Shown one piece after another: positions 48,599 to 62,444 of a stretch of DNA of 64,000 nt. Numbering within the stretch: position 1 is the stretch's first letter; each line of letters opens with the position of its first letter. The notes beneath the pieces were generated by a model that was not told where the DNA came from, ran no database searches, and saw only the letters and a list, made by a program, of their open reading frames with translations. Made by a program: the position numbers and the translations under genes. Origin of the DNA: Leucoraja erinacea (taxonomy: Eukaryota); the NCBI RefSeq assembly GCF_028641065.1, contig NC_073408.1:3720001-3784000 (forward strand), written 5' to 3'.

Positions 48599-51279
48599 CT
48601 GGGAGATGGAGACAACAGCAGTGGTCACACGTTGTGGAGGTTGCAGTGAAGCCTTTAACATTGAACTCTTTCCTCAGGAGGTCAACCCAGATCCAATCTC
48701 CACCAGGCCCTGCACACCTTGGCTCTCCAGGAGTGGTGTGACAGTCTACTGCGGGTCTGAATCTATTGCAATAATGCAGCACGCAGGAAAAAGGGAGGGG
48801 GAAGAGTGTGGAGATATAGATGGAGGGGGGGAGGGGGCGAACTATTGATGGGAGGGAGGCTGCAACTCCCATTTCCAGCTGATGTTCAGGTCTAAGGTAG
48901 ACACAACGTGCTGGAGTAAGTCAGTGGGTCAGGCAGCATCTCTAGAGAAAAGGTGTGAAAAAGATACACCTTCTAGATGCGCTGGGACACATCCTCAGTG
49001 ATGTGACCTGGGGTCATCGGGTGTTTCGGGTCTCACAACATCAGACACCCTCGCCCAGGCGACCCAGCCGGGGTTGATCAGGCCCCGACTTGCGTCCCAG
49101 CAGCAACTGCCCACGGATCAGCCATCTTAGTAACCAGCAGCAACCGCCCACGGATCGGCCATCTTAGTAACCAGTCTGCAGTGGGTTGGGAGACTCTAGT
49201 GTGTGGAGGGACTGGGCTCTGTGGGGTGAGTCCTGGCCGGGCTCCTCCTGCGTCTCACCAGGTTCAAGGCCTGTGCGTCCACTGCACCTCTTTCTCCTTC
49301 TCCGAGCATTTCATTCTCGCCTGATGGATTTTTAGGCCACGGCGGTTCATTAGGCCTTTCCGCAGCTTTATTGGGTGACTTTCTCACGAAAGACACAGAC
49401 TGGGGAATAGGTGACGTTTCGGGTGGAGACCCTTCTTCAGCTGGATCAGACCTGATCTTCAGGCCCACCATTTTGGATCTCCTGGTTTGAACAATCTTCT
49501 CCCTTCTGCCATCTACCCTGATCCGGAACCAATCAACCACCGTTCTATTTTTAGTTTTTAGATCTTGATCGATCGATCGCAGCAGGAATTTCAACCCATG
49601 AATCTCCTGCTGAAACAGATGACACCAATTTCACAATATTATATTCCGCCGGTCACATTCACTATCTATGATCACCCCGCAGGCAGGCCGTCGCTGTGCT
49701 CTGTACAACCTTATTTTAGCAAAATAGGCTGCCTGCGCTATCCCTTTATCTAAGCCATCTAAAATTAGTTGATGCACCAGTCCATGTGACATCCCACATG
49801 TGATCAATTGACAACCTGATAACAAACTGTTCCTTCCTCTCAGTTTCCGGCCAGTTCTCTAATACAGTCTACGCTAATATCTCAACCCCGACTCCAAGAA
49901 CTCTAATGTGTAGGAAGGAACTGCAGATGCCGGTTTAAGCCGAAGATAGACACAAACTGTTGGAGTAACTCAACGGGGCAGGCAGCGTCTCTGGAGAGAA
50001 GGAATGGCTGCCGTTTCGGGTCGAGACCCTTCCTTCAGACGTCTGAGGAAGGGTCTCGATCCAAAACATCATCTATTCTTTCTCTCCAGAGAGATGCTGC
50101 CTGTCCCGCTGAGTTACCCCAGCATTTTGTGTCTATCCACGAACTCTAAGCTTGTGAAATGGTCGATGAGGAAACAACTTTTGATGCAATTTCCGCAATT
50201 ATAGACTCAATATATTTCCTCAAAGTCAGTTGTTTTGTAATTAGATATCGTCTCCAGCTTTCTTACTTCCTCCTTTCTTGAATAGGGATGTCAGAATTGT
50301 GGTTTTACAACTCATGCGCATATTTCCATGATCTTTTTATTATGAGGTAGACAAAAAGGCTGGAGAAACTCAGCGGGCGCAGCAGCATCTATGGAGCGAA
50401 GGAAATAGGCAACGTTTCGGGCCAAACCCCTTCTTCAGACTAAGGAAACAGGCAACGTTTCGGGCCGAAACCCAAAGGGTTTCGGCCTGAAACGTTGCCT
50501 ATTTCCTTCGCTCATCTCCAGCAAAACACTTCTGTCCCCTTATTTTAGTTAGAACTTTTCTTTGTGGGGAAGTAATTGCTTGAAGTTCTTCTCTTCTTTC
50601 CCTGATTCTCTACATAATTGGAATGTTTTATGTTTGCTACCATTTAGATATATGCAAGGGATGGTGGCGGAAGGAGATACAAGGGCGGTGTATATGAAGC
50701 TTTCAGATAGGTTCAGCTTCTAATGTCCTTAAATTGAGATTGATGGAAGCTTGCATGGCATGGAGGGATGTGGATTGCATGCAGGCAGAGAAGATTAGTT
50801 TAATTGGCATTATGCTTGGCGTGGCCATTGTGGACCGTTCTTTGGCTATACAGTTCTATGTTCCACGTGCTATGAACCTCCTCTCTGCTCCAGGTCTCTC
50901 ACCACTGCCCAACTGAGATCTTCTAACTCAGTGCAGACCAGGGTCATATTTCATCACGCCCCTGCTATCTATCGTTCATCTTTCTTTCAATGCTTCATCT
51001 GAGATACCAATAGATGCAGGAGTAGGCCATTCAGCCCTTTGAGCCAGCACCGCCATTCAATGTGATCATGGCTGATCATCCCCAATTAGTACCCCGTTCC
51101 TGCCTTCTCCCCATATCCCCTGACTCCGCTATGATTAAGAGCCCTATCCAGCTTTCTCTCTTGAAAGTATCCAGAGAACCTGCCTCCAACCTGAGGCAGA
51201 GAATTCCACAGACAGTCTTCCCAAACCTTGAGCCAACATTTCCTCCCCTTCCCTCTCCCCCTGTACATTGCTTCCTTAC

Positions 51280-51399
51280 CTGAATGAATTGACTTCTTAA
51301 CAGCCTGCTCTTCTTTTAAGTCATTCTTCAGAACCTGTAGCCTTGCCTTCCATTCTTCCTTAACCAGCAAGGCCTGCCTTGCGATATCCCTTCGCAGAA
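51280..51399 (-). CDS. CCDC153: CCDC153 coding exon 3
   Basis: VLRRDIARQALLVKEEWKARLQVLKNDLKEEQAVKKSIHS (cf. human ALRRDEARRA). Confidence 0.88.
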
Positions 51400-52079
51400 C
51401 TGGCATGTAGGAGATAAGAGTTTACACAGAATCTTCAGGCATTTTATTCTGGACTGATGGCAATTTGTGATGGGAGTCTAATGTAATAAATAGCAACAAA
51501 AATTAATGTAAGAGCTGAATCCTAGACTAAGCTGACAGTGACTGCCCTTCACGTCAAGAAACCATTTGTTTGAGCATACCATCAAAGTGGAAACAGGTCC
51601 TTTGGCCCAATGAGCCTGCACTGCCCAATTATCCCTGTCCCTGTCCTACAGACTAGGGACAATTTACAGAAGTCAATTAACCTGCACGTCTTGGATCGTG
51701 GGAGGAAACTGCAACACCTGGAGAAAACCCACGTGGTCACAGGGAGAAAGTAGGAACTCTGTACAGATTAGCGCCCAGAGTCAGGATTAAAGCTGAGCCT
51801 CTGGCGCTGTAAGGCAGTATCTCTCCGTACCATAATAAATTAACTGACAAATGGAAAGTTTTAAAATACTGTTTTTAACATATCCACAATCAACAAATGT
51901 ACCCCCTAGGTAGGCAAAATGTACCCCCTGTTGGGAACCCTTGACCGAGAGGTCACCCATTGTCAGAGGCGCCACCTGCAGGCACTACATGGAGTTGCTG
52001 GTCCTTATTCCTCCTCCAACAATCCAACAACTAGAAATTGAGGATAAACGTTATTTTAAATGCTAGATTCTTCACTTAC

Positions 52080-52145
52080 CTAACTGGTCCTTGAGTGATT
52101 CCACTTGATGCACACTTCGTTTGAATTTCTCTTCAATGGTGTCTC
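52080..52145 (-). CDS. CCDC153: CCDC153 coding exon 2
   Basis: GDTIEEKFKRSVHQVESLKDQL; caaag/gtaagt, 66 nt, phase 1-1. Confidence 0.82.
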   Translation of the reverse strand, partial: ETPLKRNSNEVCIKWNHSRTS

Positions 52146-52513
52146 CTTTGACATGGGAAATGGCAGGCGAGGGGAGGGGAGGAGAGGAGGAGATAGGAGG
52201 GAGTCCAAGGTTGGAAGGGTTTTGAAGAACAAAGAATCAGTGGAATGGAGGCAAAAGAGCATTCATAGATTTACTTCATAAGATCACATGTCATTTGTAA
52301 ATGGACTCAGTATGATATATGCTTTTACCTGTCCCAGGATCATGTTACTGACCAGAACTATTTCCTGAGGAAGAGAACCACAGAATCGACAGTACAAAAA
52401 ATAAAACATACTGGTCAAAGCAATTGTTTATCCATTCGCAAGCCTCCTCCCACCCTAGTTACCCTTTTGCCAATATTGCCCTGTGTCTTCAGGATGTATC
52501 TCTGTGTCTTTGA

Positions 52514-52865
52514 ATGATGAGAGGGATAAACAGAGTTGACGTGGATAAGCTTTTCCCATTGAGAGTAGGGAAGATTCAAACAAGAGGACATGACTTGAGA
52601 ATTAAGGGACAGAAGTTTAGAGGTAACATGAGGGGGAACTTCTTTACTCAGAGAGTGGTAGCTGTGTGGAATGAGCTTCCAGTGGAAGTGGTGGAGGCAG
52701 GTTCTATTTTATCATTTAAAAATAAATTGGATAGGTATATGGACGGGAAAGGAATGGAGGGTTATGGTCTGAGTGCAGGTAGATGGGACTAGGGGAAAAT
52801 AAGTGTTCGGCACGGACTTGAAGGGCCGATATGGCCTGTTTTCCATGCTGTTATGGTTATATGGT
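52514..52865 (+). mobile_element. CR1 LINE 3' fragment (distinct subfamily, (TTATGG)n tail)
   Basis: MRGINRVD..LFPL..TRGH.LRIKG..FFTQRVV.VWNELP. Confidence 0.85.
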
Positions 52866-54833
52866 TTATCTAACATATACTTCCAATCGCCCTCTAAATG
52901 TTGCAAGGATCTTTGTTTAAATTATTCCACACGGCAGCAAGTTCCACATTATACTGTTTATTTGTTTTCTTAAGCACATTAAAGAAACAGAGAGGTGATC
53001 TTACATTCACTGATTATAGCAATTTATTGAAAATTTTGAATTGAAATCAAAATTCAAATTCCCAAACTACCTTTGACAGGATCTGACTTTGCAATCTAAA
53101 TGTAAAAAACTGCATTATGTTTAAGGAGGAACTGCAGATGCTGGAAAATCGAAGGTAGACAAAAATGCTGGAGAAACTCAGAGGGTGCAGCAGCATCTAT
53201 GGAACGAAGGAAATAGGCAACGTTTCGGGACGAAACGTTGCCTATTTCCTTCGCTCCATAGATGCTGCTGCACCCGCTGAGTTTCTCCAGCACTTTTGTC
53301 TACCGTAAAATACTGCATGGTGGAAATATGAAATAAAAACTAGAATATATTGACATTAAAAAGGTCAGACAGTCCCTGTGAGCAGGGAAAAGATTTGACT
53401 ATAAATGTTCATTTTATTTCTCTCTCGATGGATCCTATTGGACTTCCTAAACATTTCCAGCATTTTTTATTTTGAACTCACATTACCTGTTCACAGGTAT
53501 TCCTGCAACTCCAATGATTCTGTGAATCATCACTCTAACCTCTCTCCCCCTGTTCTGGTTTCGCAGGATCTCAGGCGCCTATAGGTACTTCAACTGGATG
53601 CCTCAGAGGCAACCCTGCTTACACAGCACATACATTTCAGATACATTGCATTGTAGAGACAAATAGCAAGGAAACAAGCCCTTCAGCGCAACTTGCCAAT
53701 GTCAAACAAGATGTCCCATCTACACTAGTCCCAACAACCCGCGTTTGGCCAATATTACTCTAAACCTATCCTATCCATATACCTGTCTAAAAGTTTCTTA
53801 AACATTGCAATATTAACTCAAAAATTATTTTCCTGTCCTGTCCCTGCCTCTTTTGAATCTTTTATCCATTAATCTGGCAACCTCTGACTTGAATGTGATA
53901 AATGACTGGGCTTCCACAGTCCTCTGGGGGAGAGAATTCCAAAGACTAACCCCCAGAGTGAAGACATTTCTCCTCCTTTCCGTTCTAAATTGGCCACTCT
54001 TTATCTAAAGATTGTCCCTTTTTTCTAGACTCCATGGCATGGGGAAACATCTTTCCCACAACTATCCTGTTAAGACCATAAGACATAGGAGCAGAATTAG
54101 GCCACAGAGTCTGTAGTGCTATTGGATCACGGGTGATCCACTTTTCCCTCTCAACCCCACTCTCCTGCCTTTCCCCTCTAACTGGCCTGACTAATCAAGA
54201 CTCCAAGACCTCAATGGATTTTGAACATTTGGTTGGTAGATATCATTGTGGTATAGTCACATTAAAACATGTTCACAGTGAGAATGATGATTAGAAAACA
54301 GTATGAAATAATACACGCAAAGAAAATCTTAAAACTATGACCGATGTAAACTGGTTTGGGAGATTTGGGAGTTAGATAGAGCTCTTAGGGCTAATGGAAT
54401 CAAGGGATATGGGGAGAAGGCAGAAACGGGGTACTGATTGTGGATTATCAGCCATGATCATATTGAATGGCGGTGCAGGCTCGAAGGGCCAAATGGCCTA
54501 CTCCTGCACCTATTTACTATGTTTCTATGATCATAATGAATGGTGGTGCAGGCTCGAAGGGCCGAATGGCCTACTCCTGCACCTATTTTCTATGTTTCTA
54601 TGTAATATTTTTTATCGGTGCTGTGGAAGGTGTGTGTGAGGGTGCAACAATCCATCTGTATATATGTATATATGTATGTAGCGCCGCAGGTGCACCTATT
54701 CCCGCCCCCATCCCCCCCCCCCCCCCTTCTCCCTTCTGGTTTTATTTTTTTTTCTGTTTGTGTGCTAAATTGTATGTATGCACTGGTGCAACAAGACATT
54801 GGCCTGGATGTTGTCATTTATTCCGATCATTAC

Positions 54834-54888
54834 CTTCGGATGCTTTCTTCTTCCCTTTCTTCACCTTTCCCTTGGCCTTAGGCGGCAT
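54834..54888 (-). CDS. CCDC153: CCDC153 first coding exon
   Basis: MPPKAKGKVKKGKKKASE(G); acceptor at 54910 implies an upstream non-coding exon. Confidence 0.87.
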
Positions 54889-55294
54889 TTTCCAAGGACT
54901 GAACCGAACCTGCAAAGAATCAGTGAGGACATCAGAGGGGGGAGATGACAAGTAGGCAATTAGTTGAATGTAACAATAATATAAATCAGCATGTCTAACT
55001 ATGGCAAATGAGCTCGAAGCTCTTGCCCTTCTCAATGTAAAAATTGTGAATACAATTATTTTATTTTTAGTTTAGTTTATTGTCACGTGTAGCCAGATAG
55101 ATGCTGCTGAGGTAGTGCTAAATAATTGGAGTTGATTATCACATAACTATTAAACCATTGACCAAAGTGAATATACAGATTCCATTTCTATTTCAACAAT
55201 TACAGATAATCTGAGAATTGTAAATTTGTTTATGAGAGCTTTCTTTATGCAAACTAACTACCTCAAGTTCACTAAGGACAACTAGGGTTATACA

Positions 55295-55765
55295 GTCATA
55301 GAGTGATACAGTGCGGAAACAGGCCCTTTGGCCCAACTTGCCCACACCGGCCAACATGTCCCAGCTACACTAGTCCCATCTGCCCATATCCCTCCAAACC
55401 TGTCCTATAACACTTGTCTAACTGTTTCTGAAATGTTGGGATAGTCCCAGCCTCAACTACCTCCTCCGGCAGCTTGTTCCATACACCCACCACCCTTTGT
55501 GTGAACAGGTTACCCCTCAGATTCCTATTCAATCCTTTCCCCTTCACCTTAAACCTATGTCCTCTGGTCCTCAATTCCCCTACTCTGGGCAAGAGATTCT
55601 GCATCTACCCGATCTATTCCTCTCATGATTTTTTACACCTCAATAAGATCACCCCTCATCCTCCTGTGCTCCAAGGAATAGAGTCCCAGCCTGTTCAACC
55701 TCTCCCTATAGTTCAGACCCTCTATTCCTGACAACATCCTAATAAAAGTCCTGGCAACATCCTTG
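55295..55765 (-). mobile_element. CR1/HER1-type LINE 3' fragment
   Basis: LLPRVGELRTRGHRFKVKG..WNKLPEEVVEAG. Confidence 0.82.
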
Positions 55766-56609
55766 TTAAAATATACATAAAATAACTCTTTAAGGAGAGG
55801 TGGTTAAATTATCCAAAAGCAGAACTCCTGAGATTGTGTAAATTGATAAATAAGTGTATGACTTTTTTTACACATCTTGTTTTAGAAACTTCTGCCTTCT
55901 GTTGATGTCCTGCACCCTGTTGATTAATAACATGGCAAAGAAAATACTGTAGTGTGATGGTTAATTACTGCACTGGTATCTAGGGGAATGGACAATTGAT
56001 TTGGAAATGTTAGTTTAAACCTCACTACAAAGTTGCGGAATTTACTTTCAATTAATTCAATTGTAACCGTGAAGCTATCAAATTGTTATTTTGTTCTCTG
56101 TCCATAAAACTACCAAAGGTATTAACAGATCAATAGTCCACTGTATTTCTCGGAAGGGAAGCTGCCACCCTTGATCGCTCTGGTTCTATGAATGCTTACA
56201 CTTGCCAATAAACCATCAAGGCAGTGGTGTGAAGGTATGATTGTTGATTTCTCTAATTTCAAGTAACCCCTGCAATCCCCTCTCCCATTATAGTCATCCT
56301 ACTAGTTCCACTGTTCACACCCCTTTGTTATCACCTCTTCCCCAGCTAACAATGGGCCATTGTGGGCTCCACCCTTCCTTGGCCACCTGTTGCTGGCCCT
56401 GATTTGTTCTGTCCTTTTCTTACCTCCACTTTCAGTCTAAAGAATCTCGACCCGATGCGTCACCCATCCTTTCTCTCAAGAGATGCTGCCTGACCCACTG
56501 AGTTACTCCAGTACTTTGTGTCTATCTTTTGTTTGAACCAGCGTCTGCAGTTCCTTTCCACATATCAGTGGTCGGCCCTGGCAAGGTACAGTGTTTAGTT
56601 AATCATTAG

Positions 56610-57257
56610 GCTTTAGAGATGCTGCGTGGAAACAGGCCCTTCAGCCCACTGAGTCCGTGCCGACCACTAGCTCTGTCCTGCACACAAGAGACAATTTCCA
56701 GAAGCCGATTAACCTAAAAACCTGCACGTCCTTGGATTGTGTGAGGAAACCCACGCGATCACAGGGAGAACGTACACACTCCGTACAATAGACAATAGGT
56801 GCAGGAGGAGGCCATTTGGCCCTTCGAGCCAGCTCCGCCATTCAATGTGATCATGGCTGATCATCCCCAATCAGTACCCCGTTCCTGCCTTCTCCCCATA
56901 TCCCCTGACTTCGCTATTTTTAAGAGCCCTATCTAGCTCCCTCTTGAAAGCATCCAGAGAACCTGCCTCCACTGCCCTCTGAGGCAGAGAATTCCACAGA
57001 CTCACCACTCTCTGTGAGAAAAAGTGTTTCCTCATCTCCATTCTAAATGGCTTACTCCTTATTCTTAAACTGTGGCCCCTGCTTCTGGACTCCCCCAACA
57101 TCGGGAACATGTTTCCTGCCTCTAGTGTGTCCAAGCCCTTAACAGTCTTATATGTTTCAATGCAGACAGCCCCCGTACAGACAGCACCCGTGGTCAGGAT
57201 CGAACCCGGGTCTCTGGTGCTGTAAGGCAGCAACTCTACCGCTGCACCACTGTGCCA
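56610..57257 (-). mobile_element. V-SINE interrupted by a CR1 3' fragment (56787-57160)
   Basis: SINE halves at 56610-56786 and 57163-57257 flank the CR1 sequence. Confidence 0.75.
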
Positions 57258-57831
57258 CCTGTCAATCTGCTTTCCCTATCTACATACATTTTTATTCAGA
57301 TATTTTAAAAAACATAAAAAAACAAGCGAAAAAGTAATTTTATTAAAATATTGAATCTCAAAAAAAAAAAAATCAGAACCACATCTTTGGAAGTTGTAGA
57401 AAACTATTTATAGCACAGCTTGGAAATGTTTGCAGTTCTAAAATAAATATTCACACCAAGCCAGCCAGTGGTATTGATATGACTACACCCCGACCTGAAC
57501 CAGCAACTGGTCTGTTGTTTTCACACCTGATTCTTCCACATATCCTCTCCCCTGACTCTCAGGCTGAGTAAATGCCACGAGCAGACGTCTCGACATGAAA
57601 CGTCACCTGTACCTTTTCTCCAGAGATGCTGCCTGACCCGCTGAGTTACTCCAGATGTTTGTGTCTATAGTCGGTGTAAAGCAGCACCTGCAGTCCCTTC
57701 CTGCACGCCCCGTGTAGCTAATTCAGAAGGGAGTGCCGGGGCACCGGTCAGTGGCTGCTCCTGGATGCCCCATCCAGCCGGCACAAGGGAGAGAGGGAGG
57801 GAGGGACGGGATCCAGGCACCAATGTTTGAT

Positions 57832-57867
57832 GTTGCTAAGCAGCATAAGCGCCGGTTGCCTGGATAC
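57832..57867. promoter_or_regulatory. Two RFX X-box-like motifs (GTTGCTAAGCAGC; GTTGCCTGGATAC), putative CCDC153 promoter
   Basis: Motifs sit in a unique, CpG-richer patch 3 kb upstream of the CCDC153 ATG. Confidence 0.55.
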
Positions 57868-58859
57868 TGCAGCTTGACACAAGCTCTGCTACAGTCCGAT
57901 GGCCATCTTTCAGGCTGGCGGATGTTGCACAGTCTCTCAGGCGCTGGTCGCCTCCATAGTCAGTCGGTGGATAAAGGAATACAGCAATGCGTGGAAGGAA
58001 CACGAAACGGGCTCTTCCGTATCAAATAAATATGTCACAGCTAAATAAAAGCGTTTGTGCATTAGTTTCATACCAGCTTAATAATATTCAACATTGAATA
58101 TATTTGATAAATATGTATACCGGAATATTCCACAAAACCATTTTGTTTCAATAGATTGTCTGAAGATAGACACAAAACGCTGGCGTAACTCAGCGGGACA
58201 GGCAGCATCTCTGGAAGAGTAGGAATGGGTGACGTTTTGGTTGAGACCCTTCTTCAGACTGGATTCTTCAGATCTCTGGTGACTTGACATAACATGGAGA
58301 TCTCTGGAGACTTGGTTAGTACGGGTGTCAAGGGTTATAGAGAGATGGCAGGAGAATGGGGTTGAGAAGGAAAGATAGATCAGCCATGATTGAATGGTGG
58401 AGTAGACTAAATGATCATCTGAGTTGGATGATCAGCCATGATCATATTGAATGGCGGTGCAGACTCGAAGGGCCGAATGGCCTACTCCTGCACCTAATTT
58501 CTATGTTTCTATGTTAAATGGGCCGAGTGGCCTAATTCTTCTCCTAGAACCTATGAACATTGGGATCTCTGGAGATGTTATCCCCTGGAGATCCATGGAG
58601 ATCTGACATCACCTGAAGATCTATGGACTCTTGCCATCCATTTCCAGAATTATATGTTTCTCTTTCCAACATTTCAGACTTCGACCAGCTGTCTTAATCA
58701 ATTGGTTGACCTGCAGCCCATTCTATGGTTCAGAACTATTTTTTAATTCGCTCAAAATGAACCTAATCTAAAGAACATATCCGATTTCATGTCAGTCTAC
58801 TTGCTTTATGCGGAAGTCTTTAGGGGATAAATTAGATGCATCTCTTATCACTGTTTTAT

Positions 58860-59080
58860 CTCCCCCTCTCTCTCCCCCTCTCGCTCTCTCTCCACACACT
58901 CTCTTCCCCCTCTCTCCCACCTCACTCTCCCCCCTCTCCTCTCTCCCTCCCTCCCCCTCTCTCCCCCCATCTCCCTCTCCCCATTCTCTACCCCTCTCTC
59001 TCTACCCCCTCTCTCCCCCCTCTCTCTCTCTCCCCCCTGTCTCTCTGTCTCCTTCCCCTCTCTCTCTCCCCTTCTCTTTG
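58860..59080. repeat. CT-rich low-complexity tract
   Basis: Direct reading. Confidence 0.9.
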
Positions 59081-61689
59081 AGAGTCTCTGTCCCTTCGGC
59101 ACAGAGACTCTCACGGCACAACACTTCAGACGCCTCCGACGGCCCGGGACTTGCACTGAGGCTGCTCCATGGCCAGAGCTGCAGCAAGCGACTCGCCAGC
59201 CCCACAAACACTCGCCAGCCCGGCAAACACTCACGAGCCCCGGCTCCCCATCTGCATCTGTGTCTGCCGCTGTTTCTGCTTTCATCCCTCCCTCAGCCCC
59301 GGCTCTCAAACACCCGCGGCCCACACAGTTTATATGAGTTTTTTAATTTTCGTTGATCACAGAATTTCTCACGACAGAACGTGAGCAATTTGTGATCAGC
59401 GTGAGAGCGTGAGAATTTGCCCAAATGTGTGATTCTCACGCTCAAAGCATGAGAGCTGACAGCCCTGGTTAATGTACATCCAAATTTAGTACAATGAAGC
59501 CTTTCAAAGAAAATTTGTGTCAAATCAAAGTGAAACCAACCAAATAATGTGGTTGGCCTTTTCTTCGTTATCCACTACCATCTCTGTAAACCATTCTGTA
59601 GAGTCACACTGAAAGTAACGTATAAAGGGGAGTTTCACTTAACTTAACATTGTGGACCAGAAGGCCTGTTCCTATGATGTACTGTTATATATTCTATGAG
59701 AAGAGGGCAAGGGGTTTATGGATTCATTTCAAACAAACAAATTAGAAGCAGATGTAAAATTCTTGGTCCCTTTAACCAACTTGGCCATTTAAGAAAATCT
59801 TATGTGATTAGATTATGACCTCAACTCCGCATTTTAACTTCCCCTTCTTATCCATCTCTGCCTTAAACATTTTGAAAGATTCCACTTCCATCGCCTTCTA
59901 AGAAAAAGAGTGCAAAAACTGACAACCCTCTGACGGAAAGTTCATTTTATCTCTGCATTTAACAAGGGGGAGGGGCTTAATTTTAGATTGTGATCCACTG
60001 CACTAGATTCCCCGACAAGAGAAAACATTCCATCCATTTTACTTGCTGTAGCTACACACCAGTTTTTTTTTTGCCAATTATGCACTAAAATATCCAGATC
60101 TGTGCATTCTCTCACCATTTAGGTAATCTGCTTTTGTTTTTAACTTTTCATTCCAAGATGCTGTATTTCATGTGTTGCCATAATATCTGCCAGATTTCTA
60201 CCCAGTTTTAACCTATTGCTTCATACTCTAAATCCTTCTCTGTCTGATCATGCAGATTGCATAGCTATTTTTCGCTCTCTATTTATGACCCTTGTGAGTC
60301 GATGACTCATTTATTTTCATTATGTTTCACTAAATGCGAACACATCCTCTTGCACTTCCTCTTCGGAAGCTGCTGAAACCTCTCATGAAATTATACATTG
60401 GTGATTGGGTTACCTATTCTGTCTCCTCTCTTACTTTAGCCAGAATTATATTGAAATAAATTACAGAATTAATATTCCAATGTTCAATTGTACCATTACT
60501 CCATTCCTCTTATTTGGTACATTGCCTCATTCACATATAACATATGCTAAAAGTTTTAGATTGTTACTAAGAGGGAATACTGTGCTTCCATGAATTTGAA
60601 AGGACAAAGCAGATTTATACTAATTAATCTCATGTGATATTGCACAATGTAAAGTGGGGTGAAATATCACCTTAGTGGTAGTGGGTTAAAGGAAAAGGGG
60701 ATAATGGGTCAAGTCCAATACATTTGCCTTTCTACTATAATGCAGTCTGTGCATATCATTTTATAATCACCTATTTGCATAAAGTAATTTACGAAGCAGC
60801 CAGGATTCTCTGCAGTGATAGTTTATGAATGAATGAATGAATACGTTTATTGTCATTTCACAATACTGTGCAATGAAATTCCATTACATCTCCTCCGGTT
60901 AAAAAAAAATACAAACACGACAACCATTGACACATATGTACACTTATTAGTAAAATATGGGGAGAACGTACAAGCTCCGTACAGACAGCACACATAGTCA
61001 GCATCAAACACAGGTCTCTGGAGCTGCAAGACAACAACTCTACCGCTGTGCCACCTTTTTTTTCCCTTTTTCAACTGCCTTTTTCGTTGCCTGCCACCTG
61101 TCCATTTTGCTCCACGGATACTGCCTGGCCTATTGAGTTCTGCCAACACTTTGTGTTTTACTCAAGAATACAATTTATTGTGTCTGGCTATAGCTAACTA
61201 GGTGCTATGTTCCATGTATTGCAACAGTGACTTCTGTAAAATGCTTCTCTGATGCTCCATTAGTTTGCACAAAAGGATCGACAAATCTTTCCTGTAATTT
61301 TGTAAATTCTCTGATTGGCAGAAATCATAAGCACAGTGTACAACTCATTAGAGGTGCTGGGAAGGCTGCTGTGGATCATTTCCCTCCACAGATGTTGACT
61401 AACCCCTAGTTCCTCCAGCACTTCTGTTTTTTTAAGCTCAAGAGCGCAGCGTCTGCAGCCTCTCATTTCTCTTGGTTTGCACTTCTGCTTATATTGGAAA
61501 AAAACACCCACAAAGTGCTGGAGCAAATAAGCGGGTCAGGCAGCACCCTCGTCCCCACTCTCTCCCCCAACTTTATATACTTTTATATACTTTAAATACA
61601 TTTATTTGTGTTGAATTTGGTAGTGTTCACAGAAATATCATTCGACCCTTGTCATCTGGCCTCCTGGGGAGATATCCCTTCCCTCATTT

Positions 61690-62340
61690 GAGGGGAATCT
61701 CCACCACACTCTAACCCCCAACAAACATTAGCAGAAGGACCCTAGTCTGTGGTCCTCCTCCACAGAGCCTTGGCTTTGGCTGCACCAAGTTTCAATGCGT
61801 CACTCAGCACATACTTGTGCAATCAGTCGTCAACGTTCCTGACCAACATCTCGCTCAGCTGAGAAATCAACAAGGTTCAGACAGAGCAAAGAGCTTCTTT
61901 CACTGAGTTGATTACCCTCCAGCGGCACTTGATGCCAGCCTCTGAATGTGTCTCTGGGAACAGTCCGTAAATCAGAGAGTCCTCTGTTAAGGACCGGTTC
62001 GGGAGAAACTGTGACAAGGACCCTTCCATCATTCTCCAGACTCTCTTTGCAAATGCACTCTTTAAAGAGGTGGGCAATCGTCTCCTATCCATAGCAGCCA
62101 TCCCGACGGTAGCGGGTACAGGTTGTAAAATTACAACGGTGCACTGAGGATTTGACGGGGACCTCCTCACCAGCAACCAGGCAAGGTCTTGGTGCTTGTT
62201 GGCGAGTTCTGGAGATGAGCCATTTCGCCAGACAAGTTGGGCAGTCTGCTCAGGGAACCACGCCACTGGATCCATTGAGTCCTTTTCCCGCCTTGTCTGC
62301 AGGATGTTCTGTACTGACCACTGCCCGATTACGCCAGCAC
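61690..62340 (-). mobile_element. Tx1/L1-clade LINE ORF2 C-terminal remnant
   Basis: FAKRVW..LIYGLFP.TH..WRVINSVKEAL motif, degraded. Confidence 0.65.
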
Positions 62341-62444
62341 TTTTGTGTGTGTGTTATTGTGCAAACCAGCACCTGCAGTACCTTGAGTGACTCAAGCATT
62401 TTGTATCCATCTTCTTGTGCCTTGCTTCTGTTGACATGCCAGTC

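Noticed and set aside
48981-49175. Small element with 10-bp imperfect inverted ends plus a ~35-bp tandem duplication
   Set aside because: Single short instance with no clear TSD; cannot be supported as more than repeat debris
53487-53614. Possible extra CCDC153 exon (cag...CAG/gtaatg on the minus strand)
   Set aside because: 128 nt would shift the frame, the pyrimidine tract is weak, and exons 1 and 2 already join in phase
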